Source: the human T2T-CHM13v2.0 reference genome, Homo sapiens. From it: 64,000 nucleotides of DNA. The notes under the pieces were generated by a model. It did not search any database, was not told the origin of the DNA, and saw only the letters and a list, made by a program, of their open reading frames with translations. Made by a program: the position numbers and the translations under genes. The stretch lies in assembly GCF_009914755.1 (NCBI RefSeq), contig NC_060933.1; one strand, given 5' to 3'. Of the stretch, positions 12,677 to 25,410 are shown piece after piece (position 1 is the first letter of the stretch; each line of letters opens with the position of its first letter).

Positions 12677-12752
12677 TTAAATTCATCAAATTATATGCAA
12701 GAAATTTGTACAGTTTTACTTATCAATTATAGTTCAATAAAGATGTTTTTTA
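12365..12752 (+). mobile_element. L1MC-type 3' end
   Basis: 'cagttatacaagattaataagttctagggatctg...aagagggtagatcccatgttaagtgctcttac...ggaaacttctggaggtgatggata...tcaataaag'. Confidence 0.85.
12635..12675. repeat. (AT)20 microsatellite
   Basis: Read directly; lies inside the L1MC. Confidence 0.97.
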
Positions 12753-13514
12753 ACCAGTGAAGTTTTTCTACAAAGACAATTCTATATTACAAATAAATTG
12801 CATTTTAGCAGAAAAAGTATAGTAATACAGAAAATTGTTAAGCCCCATACCTCTTCGAAAAGCATAAATTGAATTTTGCTTGGCCGTCAATACTATATTA
12901 CTATGTTTATAAATAAATAAATGAATAAATAGATAGATAACATTTCTGTTAGCTCTAAAGGACTTCCTACACTCTTAAATTCAAGGATGATATTCTGCAC
13001 CTTTTAGAGCTGTGTGTACACACACTCCCAACTGACAAGCTTCTGCATGTGGTTGAATATTGCCTCACAGTGTTCCAGAAGCAAGAAAGATGCCATGTCT
13101 CCAGCTGGTCAGCCTAGAAATTGGAAGCAGAACCAATTGTGGCTAACTAGAGATCCTGCTGGGCCTCTGCACGTCAGCCTCCAACTTGCCTGGGAAGGCC
13201 CCAGGTCATTAATGGCCACAAACAGCAGGACATTTTCTGCCTGTCTTCTTGCAGTGACCAGGACACAAGATGCTTGACCAATGAGAGAGGCCCATTCAAA
13301 GCCATTGCACCTCTAAGGAGGGGTGAGCTGCCATCAGCCTTTTCTCCCAATCTGCAGAATTTTATGACCTTTTCTCTGCTAAGAACAAAGTTCATTGCCT
13401 CAATTCCACCACTTGCTGTTGGAGCTGGTGGGATGTAGAGTGGGGAGTTTCACATTCTGACCCCACTGCTGACACCCCCTGTGGCATCTTTGCAGCCCCA
13501 TTCCCTCCTCTGGG

Positions 13515-13883
13515 TGCTATGGTCTGAATGTTTGTACCCTCCCACACAAATTCATATGTTGAAATCCTATCCCCCAAGGTGATGGTATTAGGTGGGGCTT
13601 TGAGGGAGGCCATTAGATCAGGAAGGGAGATCCCTCATGAATGGGATTAGTGCCCTTATAAGATATACCCAAGGGAGCTCATTCACCCTTCCACTATGTG
13701 AAATCACAGCTGGAAGGAGCCATCTATGAGCCAAAAAAATGGACCCTCACTAGACACAGAATCTATCAATACCTTGATATTGACTTCACAGCCTCCAGAG
13801 CTATGAGACATAAATGACTGTTGCTTATAAATCACCAGTCTATGTATGGTATTTTGTTATAGCCACTCGAATGGACTAAGACA
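13515..13883 (+). mobile_element. MLT1A0-like solo LTR with a 5-bp TSD
   Basis: 'tgctatggtctgaatgtttgt...ggactaagaca'; TSD CTGGG at 13510-13514 and 13884-13888; splits the MIR motif 'ctctgggcctcagtttcc'. Confidence 0.92.
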
Positions 13884-14002
13884 CTGGGCCTCAGTTTCCT
13901 TGTAGGGTAACTGGAGCCAATGATTCCTAATATAATGGCTTATATCTGGAACATATGGTGGCCTATGTCTGTAGTCCCAGCTCCAAAGTAAGCATTTTAC
14001 AA

Positions 14003-14535
14003 TGTGGTTGCTGGATGCTCAGGAGCCCCCCATGATACCTGGCGTTCACTCCCTCATGTGGTTCCCTCCCTTTGCATGCAGGCAGGGCCTGTTACTTGCT
14101 TTTAGCCAACAGGACAAAGATGATGGGATGTAATTTCTGCGATTTGTTCCATGAGATTGTAACATCAGTCTTGCCAGAAGACTCTCCCCCTTGCTGCCTT
14201 TGATAAAACAAGTGGCCATGTTGGGAGGCCCGTGTGGCAAGACACCAGTCAGCAGCCAGCAAAAAACTGTCCTCTGTATCACAGCTTCAAGGAACTAAAT
14301 CCTGCCAAAATCAAGTAAGCTCACAACAACCCACAACTACTCAGTCAAGAAGCAAGACGAGAGGACAGCCCCAATCAACACCTTGATTTCAGCCTTCTGA
14401 GCCCCTACAGCAAAGGACCCAGATAAGCCATGCCTGAACTCCTGGCCCACAGAAACTGTGAATTAATAAATGTCTGTTGCTTTAGGACACCAAATTTATC
14501 CTGATACTGTTATACAGCAATAGATAACTAATACA
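14003..14535 (+). mobile_element. MLT1F-like solo LTR
   Basis: 'gccatgttgggaggcccgtgtggcaag...ggaactaaatcctgcca...cccacagaaactgtga...cagcaatagataactaataca'. Confidence 0.85.
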
Positions 14536-14747
14536 ATAGGATAAAATGATGAATGCTACTGAGAAAATACACAATAAATACATGTGAATGGACTCTAATA
14601 ACAATTGCAGTAGTCAAAATATAACAGATGTTATCCAGTGCCCCCTTCTAAAGGAAGCTTTCCTAAACACAGCTCCTGCCATTCAGGTGGCCCCTGTTTT
14701 ACACCATGTAATCTGGTTCCCTACCCCCACTCTCCAGCAACAACTGC

Positions 14748-14962
14748 CTCGACGCTGTCCAGTGAAAATATAACACGAGCCACATATGTGATCTTAGATT
14801 TTCCATTAGACACATTAAACAGGTAAAAAGACAAGGAAAATTAATTTGAATAACATATTTTATTGAGCCACTATGTAGAAATGGTATCACTTCTGCCTGT
14901 GACACTGGCTACATTTCAAGTGTTTAATAGCCCCATGTGGCCAGTGACTATGTGGACCATAC
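14748..14962. mobile_element. MER33/MER3-like hAT-Charlie transposon
   Basis: 'gctgtccagtgaaaatataacacgagccacatatgt...acactggctacatttcaagtgtttaatagccccatgtggccagtgacta'. Confidence 0.8.
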
Positions 14963-15317
14963 AGGGTTATGTGGACACCTGCCCCAAAGGCAACTGATCC
15001 ATAGACCGGCTGTCCATCATGGAATCAACCCTATGATCTCATCTGACAAGGTGAGCTGGACCAGTCACATTTTTTCTCTAGGCAATTTTAACTAAGAAAC
15101 ATAAAAAGACTGCCAGTTGGTGTTAAAAGCTGCAGCTGAAAGGTGAGGATGGGGTTTTTCAAGGCTGTGAAGGGCCAGGAACAAATTTCAGTATGGAAGA
15201 AAATAACCCAGAAGCTCCAGAAGCAGGGAAAAGCAAATGGTGGCAGAATGCAGCTCATAAATGGAGTGCAGCTTGACGCACATGAATGGCAGGTTATTGG
15301 AGTAAAGAAATGGCCCT

Positions 15318-15835
15318 TCCTTCATTCATTCAATAAATATTTATGGAGCGCCTCCCATTGCCAAGCACTGTGCCAGGCACTGGGGTACAGTAAACAGCAA
15401 AACAGATCAGTCCTTGTCATCACATAATTGGCAGTCTAGTGGGAAATGACAGATGTTGAACAAATAGTTATGCCAGTAAATATGTAGCTACAGAAAGAGT
15501 GCCTCAAGAGAGAGAATCACAGGCTACTTAAATTGTACTAGGGGGCCAGGGAGACCTCTTGAATAAATTGTACTAGGGGCCCAGGGAGACCTCTTGAATG
15601 AAACCAGCTCTTGAAAAAAGGGCAGGAGTTTTCCTGGTGACAAGAGGAGACAAGAGTGTCCAGACAGGGGCACAAATGCAGGAAACAGAGGCAAAAGAAC
15701 TGGGCACTCAGGGACTGCAGGGCAGCTGTGGGCAGGGGCAGAATCTGATGAAAAACAGGGGTCAGATTTGAGGCTGGGGAAGCAGGCAGGAGAGGAACAT
15801 GTTCTGCAGGACCTTGAAAGCCACACTAAGGGAGC
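15318..15835 (-). mobile_element. L2 3' region
   Basis: 'cattcattcaataaatatttatggagcgcc...gccaagcactgtgccaggcactgggg'. Confidence 0.85.
15529..15599. repeat. 35-bp tandem duplication (1 mismatch)
   Basis: TAAATTGTACTAGGGG(G/C)CCAGGGAGACCTCTTGAA x2. Confidence 0.95.
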
Positions 15836-16424
15836 CCTGAACTCCTGCAGGACTTCCAGAAACTACCACACATCCTCCACTGGCCCTCCACTCTGGGCTC
15901 CCTGCAACCTGGCTCCATTCTTGGGTCCTGGTTCTTTGATGATTCCCATGAGACCCTGTTCCCCCATTTTATAGGGGGGAACATATGTTTTTAAAATAAA
16001 CTCCTCTTCTTTGAAATAGCTTGAGTGAGTTTCCACTTCTTTCATGCACAAAACCCCAGCCAAAAGCTATGCCCACTTAGTGCCTGGTTCTGGGATCCCC
16101 ACTTTGCATTGGTGGATATATTTGGTGCTCACCATCAAGGCAAGTACCAACTCTGCACTCATGGGTGCACCCCTAACCATGAGTACCTCCTTACACTGTG
16201 GACCCTGGCACCTCCCTTGCCTCTTTGGAGTCCTGGCCATACTCACAATAATCCTGGAAAGGAGGCCTGATTATCCTCACTCTGTGGATCAGGTGCCCAG
16301 GTCACATGGCCAGCAACGATACTTCCCCCTGTCCCTGAGGATCTGGCCATCTGATTGGCAAGAGGCCTGGTTCAGTTCACAGGCATGAAACAAGTGCATG
16401 TACCAGGAGGAAAGGGAAAAGAAA

Positions 16425-16625
16425 TCGATATTGACAGAGCCAACTGTGTTCCAGATGCTTCACAAACATTATGTCATGTGATTTCTCACAACCACCCAGT
16501 GAGTTAGGTATTATCACCTCATTTTATAGAGCAGGAAACTGGGATTCATAAAGAGTGAGTGATGCACAGGTCTTTCTTAGAGGAAGAGGGTTTTAGACTC
16601 AAATCCAGCTGACTCTAAAAATATT
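16425..16625 (-). mobile_element. MIR SINE
   Basis: 'ctcacaaccacccagtgagttaggtattatcacctcattttatagagcaggaaactggg'. Confidence 0.8.
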
Positions 16626-18084
16626 ACCCTGTTAGCTCTGAACTGACCCCTGAGATAAGACCATCTTTGTCTTCTTGAGACCCGTTTAGTATTGTCTGTT
16701 GAAACACCTCTCCTGATAGTCCGGGAGCTTCTAAAGATTACACCTCGGCCACCTAGTACAGGCCCTGGCATATAGTAGCTGCCCAATAAATATGTGTTGT
16801 TCAAATAAATGATGCAATGGTCAAAGATGTCCACATCCACTTCTCCTCTGAACTTGGCCCTCTGAGCTTTTACAAATGCCCAATTTAACTCAAGGAGTTA
16901 ATTAATACCAGGGGATGCTATACTCCCTGAATCTGAGACAAGTGGCCTGAAGTCCCTGAGGGTGGTGGTGCCGTCTTGCCTTCTCCCAGCACTCAGGAAG
17001 GGAAAAATATGTCATCAAGTCATGGGCAAAGGACTCTACTAAGGCTTGATTGGCAGATGAGGACACAGGGTGAAAATCCCAACCAATCTCTACCTACCTG
17101 GCCTGATGCTCACATGAGACAGAGAAATGGAAAGGGCTGGAAAGAATAACAGTCCTCAGTAGAAAAAGAGAAAGTGAAAATAAAATAAAACAAACATGAG
17201 CTGTCATTGCTGTTTGTTGGTCTCGATCCTGTTTCCTTCACACTGAATGCTTGATGCCCAGTACAGGACCATTACTACATATTGATTAAATAAATGAATA
17301 CTCGAATGGCTGAATGAATGAATGATGGCTGGGAGGAACAAGGGACCAGGGATCAGAAGACCCAAATTCTAATCCCAGCTTTGCCAAACCAATACTTTCC
17401 CATTGACCACAGGAAGTTTTTATTCCTTCTGGGCTCCACGTCTTCATCACTAAACCTGGACCCTGCCACAGAGCTGGAAGAGCCCCATGGAAGGACCCAA
17501 AGCACGCAAGCTGCTTTGTCATGTGATGCAGGGAGAGGCTGGAAACCCCGGGGAGCTTCTCTGTACATTCACCCCTTCTCCTTGCTTACAGGATGCAAAC
17601 GTCCAAAGCTCTTATTCCAATTTAATCTGTCAATTTTTCTAAGTCTTTATCACACTTTATCAAAATGTGTATCAGTGTGAGAAAGTGAACGTCTGCCACC
17701 CCTCTCCCCTTAGGCAAATGCAAAATTGAAATCCTGCGAAGACAGCAGCACGTTTCATACTTTAATTATTTTTGCATCTTCCTTTGCTGGTCTCTGTTTT
17801 TTGATGACTCTTTTCACTCCCTTCTAGAAGCAGGCTCCACTTCCTCCCTGGGTGGAAAATATGTTTGTCTCTAGCGAAGCAGAAAATGTTTCATGTATGT
17901 CAGGATGTCGATTGCAGAAATAGCGTGAGGAAAGGGTCTGCTCTCTTAGAGGTACTGAAAGAAAGTAACTCAAGCAAAGAGCACATCTCAAAACTTCGGG
18001 GTGTTCTAAAGAGCAATGAACTTTGAGGTGAACTTGGGCTTAAATTTCGTCTAGCTTGCTAACTAGCCAGATGACCTCGAGTCT

Positions 18085-18485
18085 GCCATGTTTATTTACT
18101 CTGTGCCAGAACCTGTTCTGAGCTCTTCACAAGTCTTGGCTCATTTAGACCCTGCAACAGCTCTGTGAGAGAGAAGCTATTATTACCTCTGCTAGCTTTT
18201 CAGGGGAGAAATAGAGGCATAGACATGCTTTGTCTCAGATGCCCTAGGAGATGGAGGCAGAGCTGGAATATGAACCTGAGCAGTCTGTCTCCAGAATCCC
18301 TACTTTTACCACTGTGCTTGACTTCCTCGGTACAGTAAAAATGCTATTCTTCTTTTAAATATGCAGAAACCTAAGGCACAGAGAAGCTAATCACTTGCCA
18401 AAATCCACAGAGCTAGTAAGTAGCAGGGCTGGGATTTGAACTCAGGAAGTTCAGCTTCAGAGCCTTGCTCTTATCCATTGTGTGG
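18085..18485 (-). mobile_element. Two adjacent MIR fragments
   Basis: 'gaaacctaaggcacagagaagctaatcacttgccaaaatccacagagctagtaagtagcagggctgggatttgaactcagg'. Confidence 0.8.
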
Positions 18486-18853
18486 CTACCTTTGAAGTTG
18501 GTCATGCCTCTGTGAGCCGGGGTTCTATTCATTGCTTTAGTGAGGAATTACTAAGTGCAGTAGTCCTAGAGAGAAATAAAACAAGCATAGTTCCTGCCAT
18601 CCCCAAGATAGTGGTCTAGAGGCAAGACAATTGTCAAGCAAACAAATAAATGGCAGCAAACACTATAAGAGCAATATCAGCATTCTCTGGAGGCTGGGGT
18701 GAGCTCGAAATAAAGTGATGATATACAAGACCTAGTTCGGGATCTGGCTTGTAGTAGAAACCCAGTAAGTGAAAGGGATTCCTTCTTTCTTGCTCACAAA
18801 CATGGAAGTGATGGGGGTAGAAATGAGGGGTGGAGTTGGGGAGGAATCAGGAA

Positions 18854-18877
18854 GGGGTGGGGAGGGGGTGGGGAGGG
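18854..18877 (+). other. Potential G-quadruplex
   Basis: GGGG T GGGG A GGGGG T GGGG A GGG: five G-runs with 1-nt loops. Confidence 0.75.
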
Positions 18878-19269
18878 ATGTCAGGGTGGAAAAGATACCA
18901 TACTGGTCACTAGTAGGTTCCACTACCCAGTATACCCATAAAAAGCATTAGTACACCCCTAAAAAGCATTCTTCCAGCCCTGATTCAAATGCCTTCTATG
19001 ATAGAGAACTCACTATTTCAAATAAGGAAGAAATTCACTCTAAGTGATAAAAATGCTGAGGTTGGGGAGGGATTACAGTTTATTAATCTCTAAAAATGGG
19101 AAATTACCTTCCTTCCAGGTTTTTTTGTGAAGATTAAATAAATTAGCCCACAAAGCTCTTAGAACAAGGCTTAACCCTTAAGGAATTGATAAAAGTTAGT
19201 TATTAATAGTCATGGTATGGTTATTATAGTTGCTATTGCTTCTATTATTGTTGTTATTATTAATACACA

Positions 19270-19500
19270 GTTCCTATGAACACCAGTTTCAGAGTAAACA
19301 AACCTGAGTTCAAAGACCACCTACACCACTGACCAGCTGCAAGATCATGGCCAAGTTTTTCACCATCTTCCAGATTGAGTTTTCCCATTAGCAAAATCAG
19401 ACTAATAATAATGCCTATCTCAAATAATTAAAGATTACCCATCTGACATCCTTAGCACTGTGCCTGACTCCTAGTATGTGCTCAATATAATTATTATAAA
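19270..19500 (+). mobile_element. MIR SINE
   Basis: 'aaacctgagttcaaa...ccactgaccagctg...ggccaagtt...taataataatgcctatctca...cttagcactgtgcctgac'. Confidence 0.7.
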
Positions 19501-20037
19501 AAGTGGGTGGTTGGGCCTGCTTATGAAGTGTGTGTGTGTGCCATCACCCACTTATCCCGGAAGAGAAGAATCTGAGGGCAAAGATGTCGGCTATTTCTTT
19601 GGTAGAAGCTTGACCAGAAACCGTCTCTTTCCCACCATATTCTACCCCATTCTTCTGCTATAGCCCTGAGCTCCCCAGCAAATAAGGAATCACTGTCCAA
19701 TCACCAGAGCTTTCCAAAGTAGAACTCACTGTCTTAGAAGAGAGGGAGCTCCCTGTGACAGAGGTGTTCAAGCTGAGAAAGCGTGACAGAGATGCTGTAG
19801 AGAGAATTTAAAGATTTAATCCAGGAGAAGAAGAAGGGAATGAAACGAGTCCCAGGCAGATGGTGTGGAATTGAGCAATGGTTTGTCAAAGGGTGTTCCA
19901 TGGAACCTGGTGCTAACATATGGCCTCACAGCCAGCCACAGAGGATGAGGGAAGACAAATGGCTCAGACTCCAGGCTTCCCTCCCACTGCTTCAGTAAGA
20001 AAAGCTCCATTTTCATTGTTTTTTTGGGATAGAGGTT

Positions 20038-20548
20038 TGTATCAGTTAACTATTGCCATGAAGCTGTTATTTTATAAAATCCCACAAACTCAGTGACTTC
20101 AACAATGAACACTTGTCTCTCATGTCTGCATGGTCAGCTGACCTGGACTGGGCAGTTTATATCTTCGCCATGTACACTCAGCATCACGGGGTAAGGCTGG
20201 TAGGATGGAGTGGACGGGCCTGAGTCGGGTTTCGCTGGAGCAGTTTGTCCCTGCTTCATGTGTCTCCCATCCTCCTCCTGGAACCAGTGGAAAAGTGCAG
20301 GCACCATCCTTCCCACGGCAATGACAGAAGCACAAAAGTGCAAGCCCAATTGTGCAAGCGCTTTTTTCAAGCCTCCGCTTGTGTCACTTCTGCTAACATC
20401 CTATTGGCAAATCGTGTGACTCTGGCCAACTCAGCATCAAGGGATGGAACCAGTTGCCCATAGTGGAAGGGCACCGCACAGGTGCATGAGCCAAGGGCCC
20501 AGGTATGCAGAGGAGTAAAGAATGAGACCAGGAATGCTTGTGACCACA
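20038..20548 (-). mobile_element. MLT1 (H/I/J-like) solo LTR
   Basis: 'tgtatcagttaactattgcc...aaactcagtgacttcaacaa...tctgctaacatcctattggcaaa'. Confidence 0.75.
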
Positions 20549-20789
20549 AGCTTCTATGTGAAATTGTATTTATGAAAAGAACTGAGCAGTTCACAAAAAT
20601 AAGTTTGAAAACAACTGAACTAGATGTTGCCTAAGATTCCTTCATAGTCCAGAAATGCTATGAGGCAGATATGAGTTTTTGACTTGCCAGACAATAGCTG
20701 TGTGACCTTGGCATATCACTTAACTTCTCTCAGCCCCTGTATCTTACCTGTATCCTAGGAAGAATAATAATACCACGTAGGGGCATTGT

Positions 20790-20928
20790 GGTAAATGGAA
20801 AAATGTCTAAAAACGCTTCCCATTGTTCACATTCCCAAGTGAATGTACTTATTGCCACAGAACATACAGTTAAAAATGGTTGAAATGGCAAATTCTATGT
20901 TGTGTGTATTTTACAGCAGCAAAAATAA
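20790..20928 (+). mobile_element. L1MB 3' end fragment inside a MIR
   Basis: 'gtgaatgtacttattgccacagaac...ttaaaaatggttgaaatggcaaattctatgttgtgtgtattttac'. Confidence 0.75.
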
Positions 20929-21540
20929 GTGTCTACCACATAATATTCATGCAGTAAGTGCTCAATGAATGGAAGCAGTGGAGATGATAATGCTGGCTCT
21001 GCACGCACTCACATTCGTGGTAGGATACTGGTCTGAAAAAGCAAGTGGCCAATTCTCCTTGCAACTTTCTCATACTCATCACATGCCTCTTACCTCTCCC
21101 ATCGTTTAGACTATTTGGAAAAGTAGATACTGTACTTCTCTGGATACAATGACCTCCAAAGAAAAGCAGATACAGCCAAGAATACAGAGTCATTAGCCTC
21201 TCTCAATGGATTTGTTTTTACCACAAAACTGAGACTGTAGATTCAAAAGCCAACGTGCACAAAAACTAGGCTTCTTGAGAGAGGGAAAATGACTTTTTGA
21301 CTTCCATAAACATCACTTTACTCCTCAAAACCTAAAACATGAAGGACCCAGAACATCAAATTGAAAGCATAAATCATAGTCAAGGAAAGAAAAATAGACG
21401 GCACTTAAAGAGAAGTTTTCCCTCCATTGAGAAAGGAGATCAAAATTTGATAAGATAAGAGAAGGAACACCAGAAAAGAAATACTGGATCTTAGGGCCCC
21501 CAGGTTTCCAGTGTCTGAAGCTAAGTTCTGGGTATGGGAG

Positions 21541-22004
21541 TATATCAGTTACTTTTTGCCATAAAAATGCTGCATAACAAACTCAAAGTCTTAATGACAT
21601 ATACTATGATAAGCTTTTATTCTCATCCATCTACAAGTCAGCTGGGAGTCCATTTGTTTAGTCTGGACTTGGCTGGGGTGGTTCTTCTCTGTGTATCTCT
21701 TTTCCTCCTTGGACCAGAAGGCAAGCTAAGGAATGTTTTCTTGGTGATGGCAGAGACACAGAGAGCAAAAGAAAATGGTGAAAGCCTATGAAGACCTAAG
21801 CTTGAAAATGATCTGCCATTACTTTTGCCTCACTCTGTTGGCCAAAACAAATCACATGGCTGTGCTCAAAGTCAAGCAGGGTGAGGGTAGGTAGCAGTGA
21901 GGAGGGGATATGTCCTGCCTTTATAGAAAGAACCTCAAAGTCTCATGCAAATTACATGTATATCAGCAGGGTCAAAACCTTGGGGCCAGTCACACAATCT
22001 ACTC
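21541..22004 (-). mobile_element. MLT1 (I/J-like) solo LTR
   Basis: 'tatatcagttactttttgccataaaaatgctgcataacaaac...ttggccaaaacaaatcacatggc...caatctac'. Confidence 0.75.
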
Positions 22005-23589
22005 AGGGTAGGATGACTGGAACCCAAGTGAGCTTGAGAGATTACAGAGGAGGGGGACTGTTGCCTGGTAACTGATGTCCCTGCACAAGTCAGCAGCCAT
22101 GGCTCAGGGAGATGTCCAGATGGATGAGCCAAGGACAGACTCATAAACCTCATACACCTCCAGGAGATGCTGAGATGTGCTGGTGGAGTAGAAGAGCAGA
22201 AGATGTACAGAGCTGAAGAGATTTTAAGTCAGGATTCAGGAAAGGAGGTGTGAGGATCTGACAACCATCAGCCAGGGAGAAGCCACCAACAGCAATCAAT
22301 GCATCTGGAGAGAGGCCAATGACCTGTGAAGGGACAGGTAACCTCATGGAGCTGCACAAGCACCAAATGCCCTTCTGCCAATACCAGGTTGACAAAGCCA
22401 AGACCGCTGGAAATTAGTTCACCCCTTCCATTTTGGGGAGAAGAGCAAAAGGAGGGAAATAGAATTTTAGCCTGCCTACATTTAAATCCCAAATCAATCA
22501 CATTTAAAGCTGAAAGTTGCTGAGTTATTTGAATGTACAGGATTAAGTTTCCTGCCCCTGGCAGAGATAGGAATTCATGAGCTGAGGACAGGTACAAAGG
22601 AATAATGAAACTTATATCTAAGCATGGTTTATAGATGGTTGTGGCAGTAAACATTAAACCTGCTACTTAATATGTGTCTACTTTTGTACATTGTAATCAC
22701 ATATTTATTTTGCTGGATTTCTTATTGCTTCACATCAGAAGATCAATTACATTGCTAATGGAAGCTTTTTAAAGGCTTGTATCAGAGCCCCACATGAAAG
22801 ACAGAGAAGACACCCTTATGGAATTTCCAGCTAGGCATTGACCCTGCTGGCTCTCTCAGCCCCCTCCTCTTGCTTGGACATTGACAAATACTGATGGATG
22901 CTTTTTTGCATCAGCTAATGTCAAGGGAGTCTCGTTGTCTAGCGTTCTCCAGAGGAAGTTTTAACTTGTGGCTTAGTGCATTTATTATGCCATTTTTTTT
23001 CTTTTCATTCTGTGTTTCTCTCTGAGTTTATGAGAGGGGGTAGGGAGTGGGGGAGGAGACCAGATTGGAGCCAGGCTGTCCTTATTTGACTTACCAGTAT
23101 TTGGAAGGCATTTAAGTTTTTCTTTTTTCTATTGGAATGAGAGTGAAATCCAAAATTCCTAGCTGTCTCTAAATACCAACTGACTAAGCTTAAAGACTCC
23201 CAAAATAAACAGCTTAGCATTCCGGAAAGTTACCAGAGACCTGGGGGTTTGGTAAATGAAGCACATACCTTTTGCCCCCTCACTCAGATCTTGCTCAAGC
23301 AGTCCCTCCATTGCCAAGGAAGAGGACATATGTTTGTTTTGCAGTCAGTCAATAAGGCATGAGTTTTTAAAACTTTGGCTTGTGATGCTGGGGCCCCAAA
23401 ATAGAATATTATGTTACCAACAAAATGAAACTCAAATTCATCTGTGTTAGATTATCTCTCCCTCCTCTCTACCTGTCCCCTGTCCCATCCTTAAGGGCTA
23501 ATTCAAGTCTCACACCTTGTCCATGTATTCTCTCATAACACATCGATCTATACTCAGAATTCATAGCACTTAAACAATATTTATTTTAG

Positions 23590-23760
23590 GATTGACAATA
23601 CTTGGCATTGATACCGACACTCCCATTGCCTCCCCTGTTCAGGCATTATTAATTGATCACAGCACTTCTTCCTGCTGATCTCATACACAACCTCACATGA
23701 CATCTCAGCACAATTCTCTGCCCCAGGCAGCCAGTACTGATCAATGAGAATTGACATTTA
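23590..23760. mobile_element. hAT-Charlie MER fragment
   Basis: 'taattgatcacagcacttcttcctgctga...ccaggcagccagtactgatcaatgagaattgaca'. Confidence 0.55.
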
Positions 23761-23834
23761 AGGTGAAACGGCTTTGGCATACCTGACTTAGGTTCTGTTT
23801 TCAACCTTTAGGCACAGAGAATTTTTTAAAAAGT

Positions 23835-24060
23835 ATAATAATAGCCATTGTTTATTGAACAAGCACTGTGCTAGATGCTTTTCAATTACCATCTCATTTA
23901 TTCCTTTTCATAACATTACAAATTAAACATAATTTTTCCCCATTTCGTGAATGAGAAAACTAGGGTTCAGAGAGATCAGGTAACTTGCACAAGCTCACAT
24001 GGCTGGGATGGTAGAAATGGAATGCAAGTCCAGCTATATCATAAGGTAAGGTCCTGGAGT
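23835..24060 (-). mobile_element. MIR SINE
   Basis: 'cccatttcgtgaatgagaaaactagggttcagagagatcaggtaacttgcacaagctcaca'. Confidence 0.8.
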
Positions 24061-24379
24061 TTCAATTTCTCCAACAAGCCACCATGTCCTACAGCTCTTT
24101 TGTCCTTATTATACTTTTCCATCCTCTGAGGTTTTGCTTACACAACCCCCTTTTCTCAGAATGCCTGTTGTCCTTTCCGACTGGAGGGTATCTGCTTATC
24201 TTCAGAGAATCAGAAACACAGGTATCATTTCCACTAGAAAACCCTTTCAAATCTTGATACAACTAGCCTCATCCTTTTTTGTGACCCCCCTCCTCCAATG
24301 TCACAACATGCTACCGGACTCTAACCTTTAAAGCTCCTCTTGATGTAAGAGACTAAGCATTATTGATTCTTCTATACAA

Positions 24380-24454
24380 GGAAGGAAGGAAAGAAGGAAG
24401 GAAGGAAGGAAGGAAGGAAGGAAGGAAGGAAGGAAGGAAGGAAGGAAGGAAGGA

Positions 24455-24497
<43 letters not shown>

Positions 24498-24499
24498 CA
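24380..24499 (+). repeat. Compound tetranucleotide STR (GGAA)3 AGAA (GGAA)15 (GGCA)11
   Basis: Counted directly from the sequence. Confidence 0.97.
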
Positions 24500-24829
24500 A
24501 GCCGGCCCAGGACCTGAGATCCTCAGGGATAGGTTGTTGATTTTTTAGTCCTCTCAGGAACTCAACTGGCCTCTTGCAGGTGTTTCCACCATCCTCAAGA
24601 GGATTTTCCAGGGCACAAGACATTTTTGTCTCATTTCTCTCCTTGCCCAGACAGGAAGATCCAGGAATCCATTCAAATATGACATAATTAGCTGTGGCCA
24701 CCCAAGGAAACACACAGAGTTGAGACCCAGAACTTTTGACCAACAGAGTTAAGTCCTCATCCAGGAAACATGGTGCCAAGTGTCAGATCCAAAGGGCCAG
24801 GCCAGAGAATAATGGATGGATGGGGCAGC

Positions 24830-25410
24830 CTTCTCACTGGTCTCTACCCTATGTCCATTCCTCCCCTTCTCCTACAGACAACCCTAGGTTGCTCTTTCCC
24901 AAATATTTGGTCACACCACACACACACACACACACACACACACTCTCTCTCTCTCTCTCTCACTCTCTCTCTCTCTAAAACAAACCCTTTGAGGGCTCCC
25001 CACTGCCCCCAGGAAAAAAGCCCAAGTTTTAGAACATGGCACACAGGGTCTCCCATAATCTGAGCCCAGATGTCTTCTCCAAAGCCTTCTCTTGACTGTC
25101 TCCAACCCATTCTTTACATCTTAATCACCTGAAATGGCTCGAATCTCTACAGTAGCCAAGTGATTTATTTCCCCTGGGCCCTGCTTCACTATTTCCTCTT
25201 CCTGGAATGACCTCCTCCTTCCTTTTATCCTGCTTGGCCCCTACTCATTCTCTGTGAGCAAGCCCAGACATCGCCTTCTTCTGGATACCAAACAAGGTTA
25301 AGGATTCCCCTGTGTGCCCACAGTCCCCACCTCAGCCATTTGTCTTACCTGTGCACCTTTAAGGGTAGTGAGTGTCAGTGCTCAGGCAGGTTTGATGAAT
25401 GAAGAAATGA
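24830..25410 (+). mobile_element. L2 fragment
   Basis: 'ctcactggtctc...cctacagaca...ttcctcttcctggaatgacctcc...' ending 'gatgaatgaag'. Confidence 0.6.
24917..24976. repeat. (CA)13(CT)9CA(CT)7 compound microsatellite
   Basis: Read directly. Confidence 0.97.

Noticed and set aside
13930-13985. Alu-like 'tggtggcctatgtctgtagtcccagct'
   Set aside because: Too short; explicable as a small local duplication within a MIR3-type tail.
24363-24779. Repetitive peptides (EGRK)n and (PSFL)n
   Set aside because: Translations of the GGAA/GGCA microsatellite.
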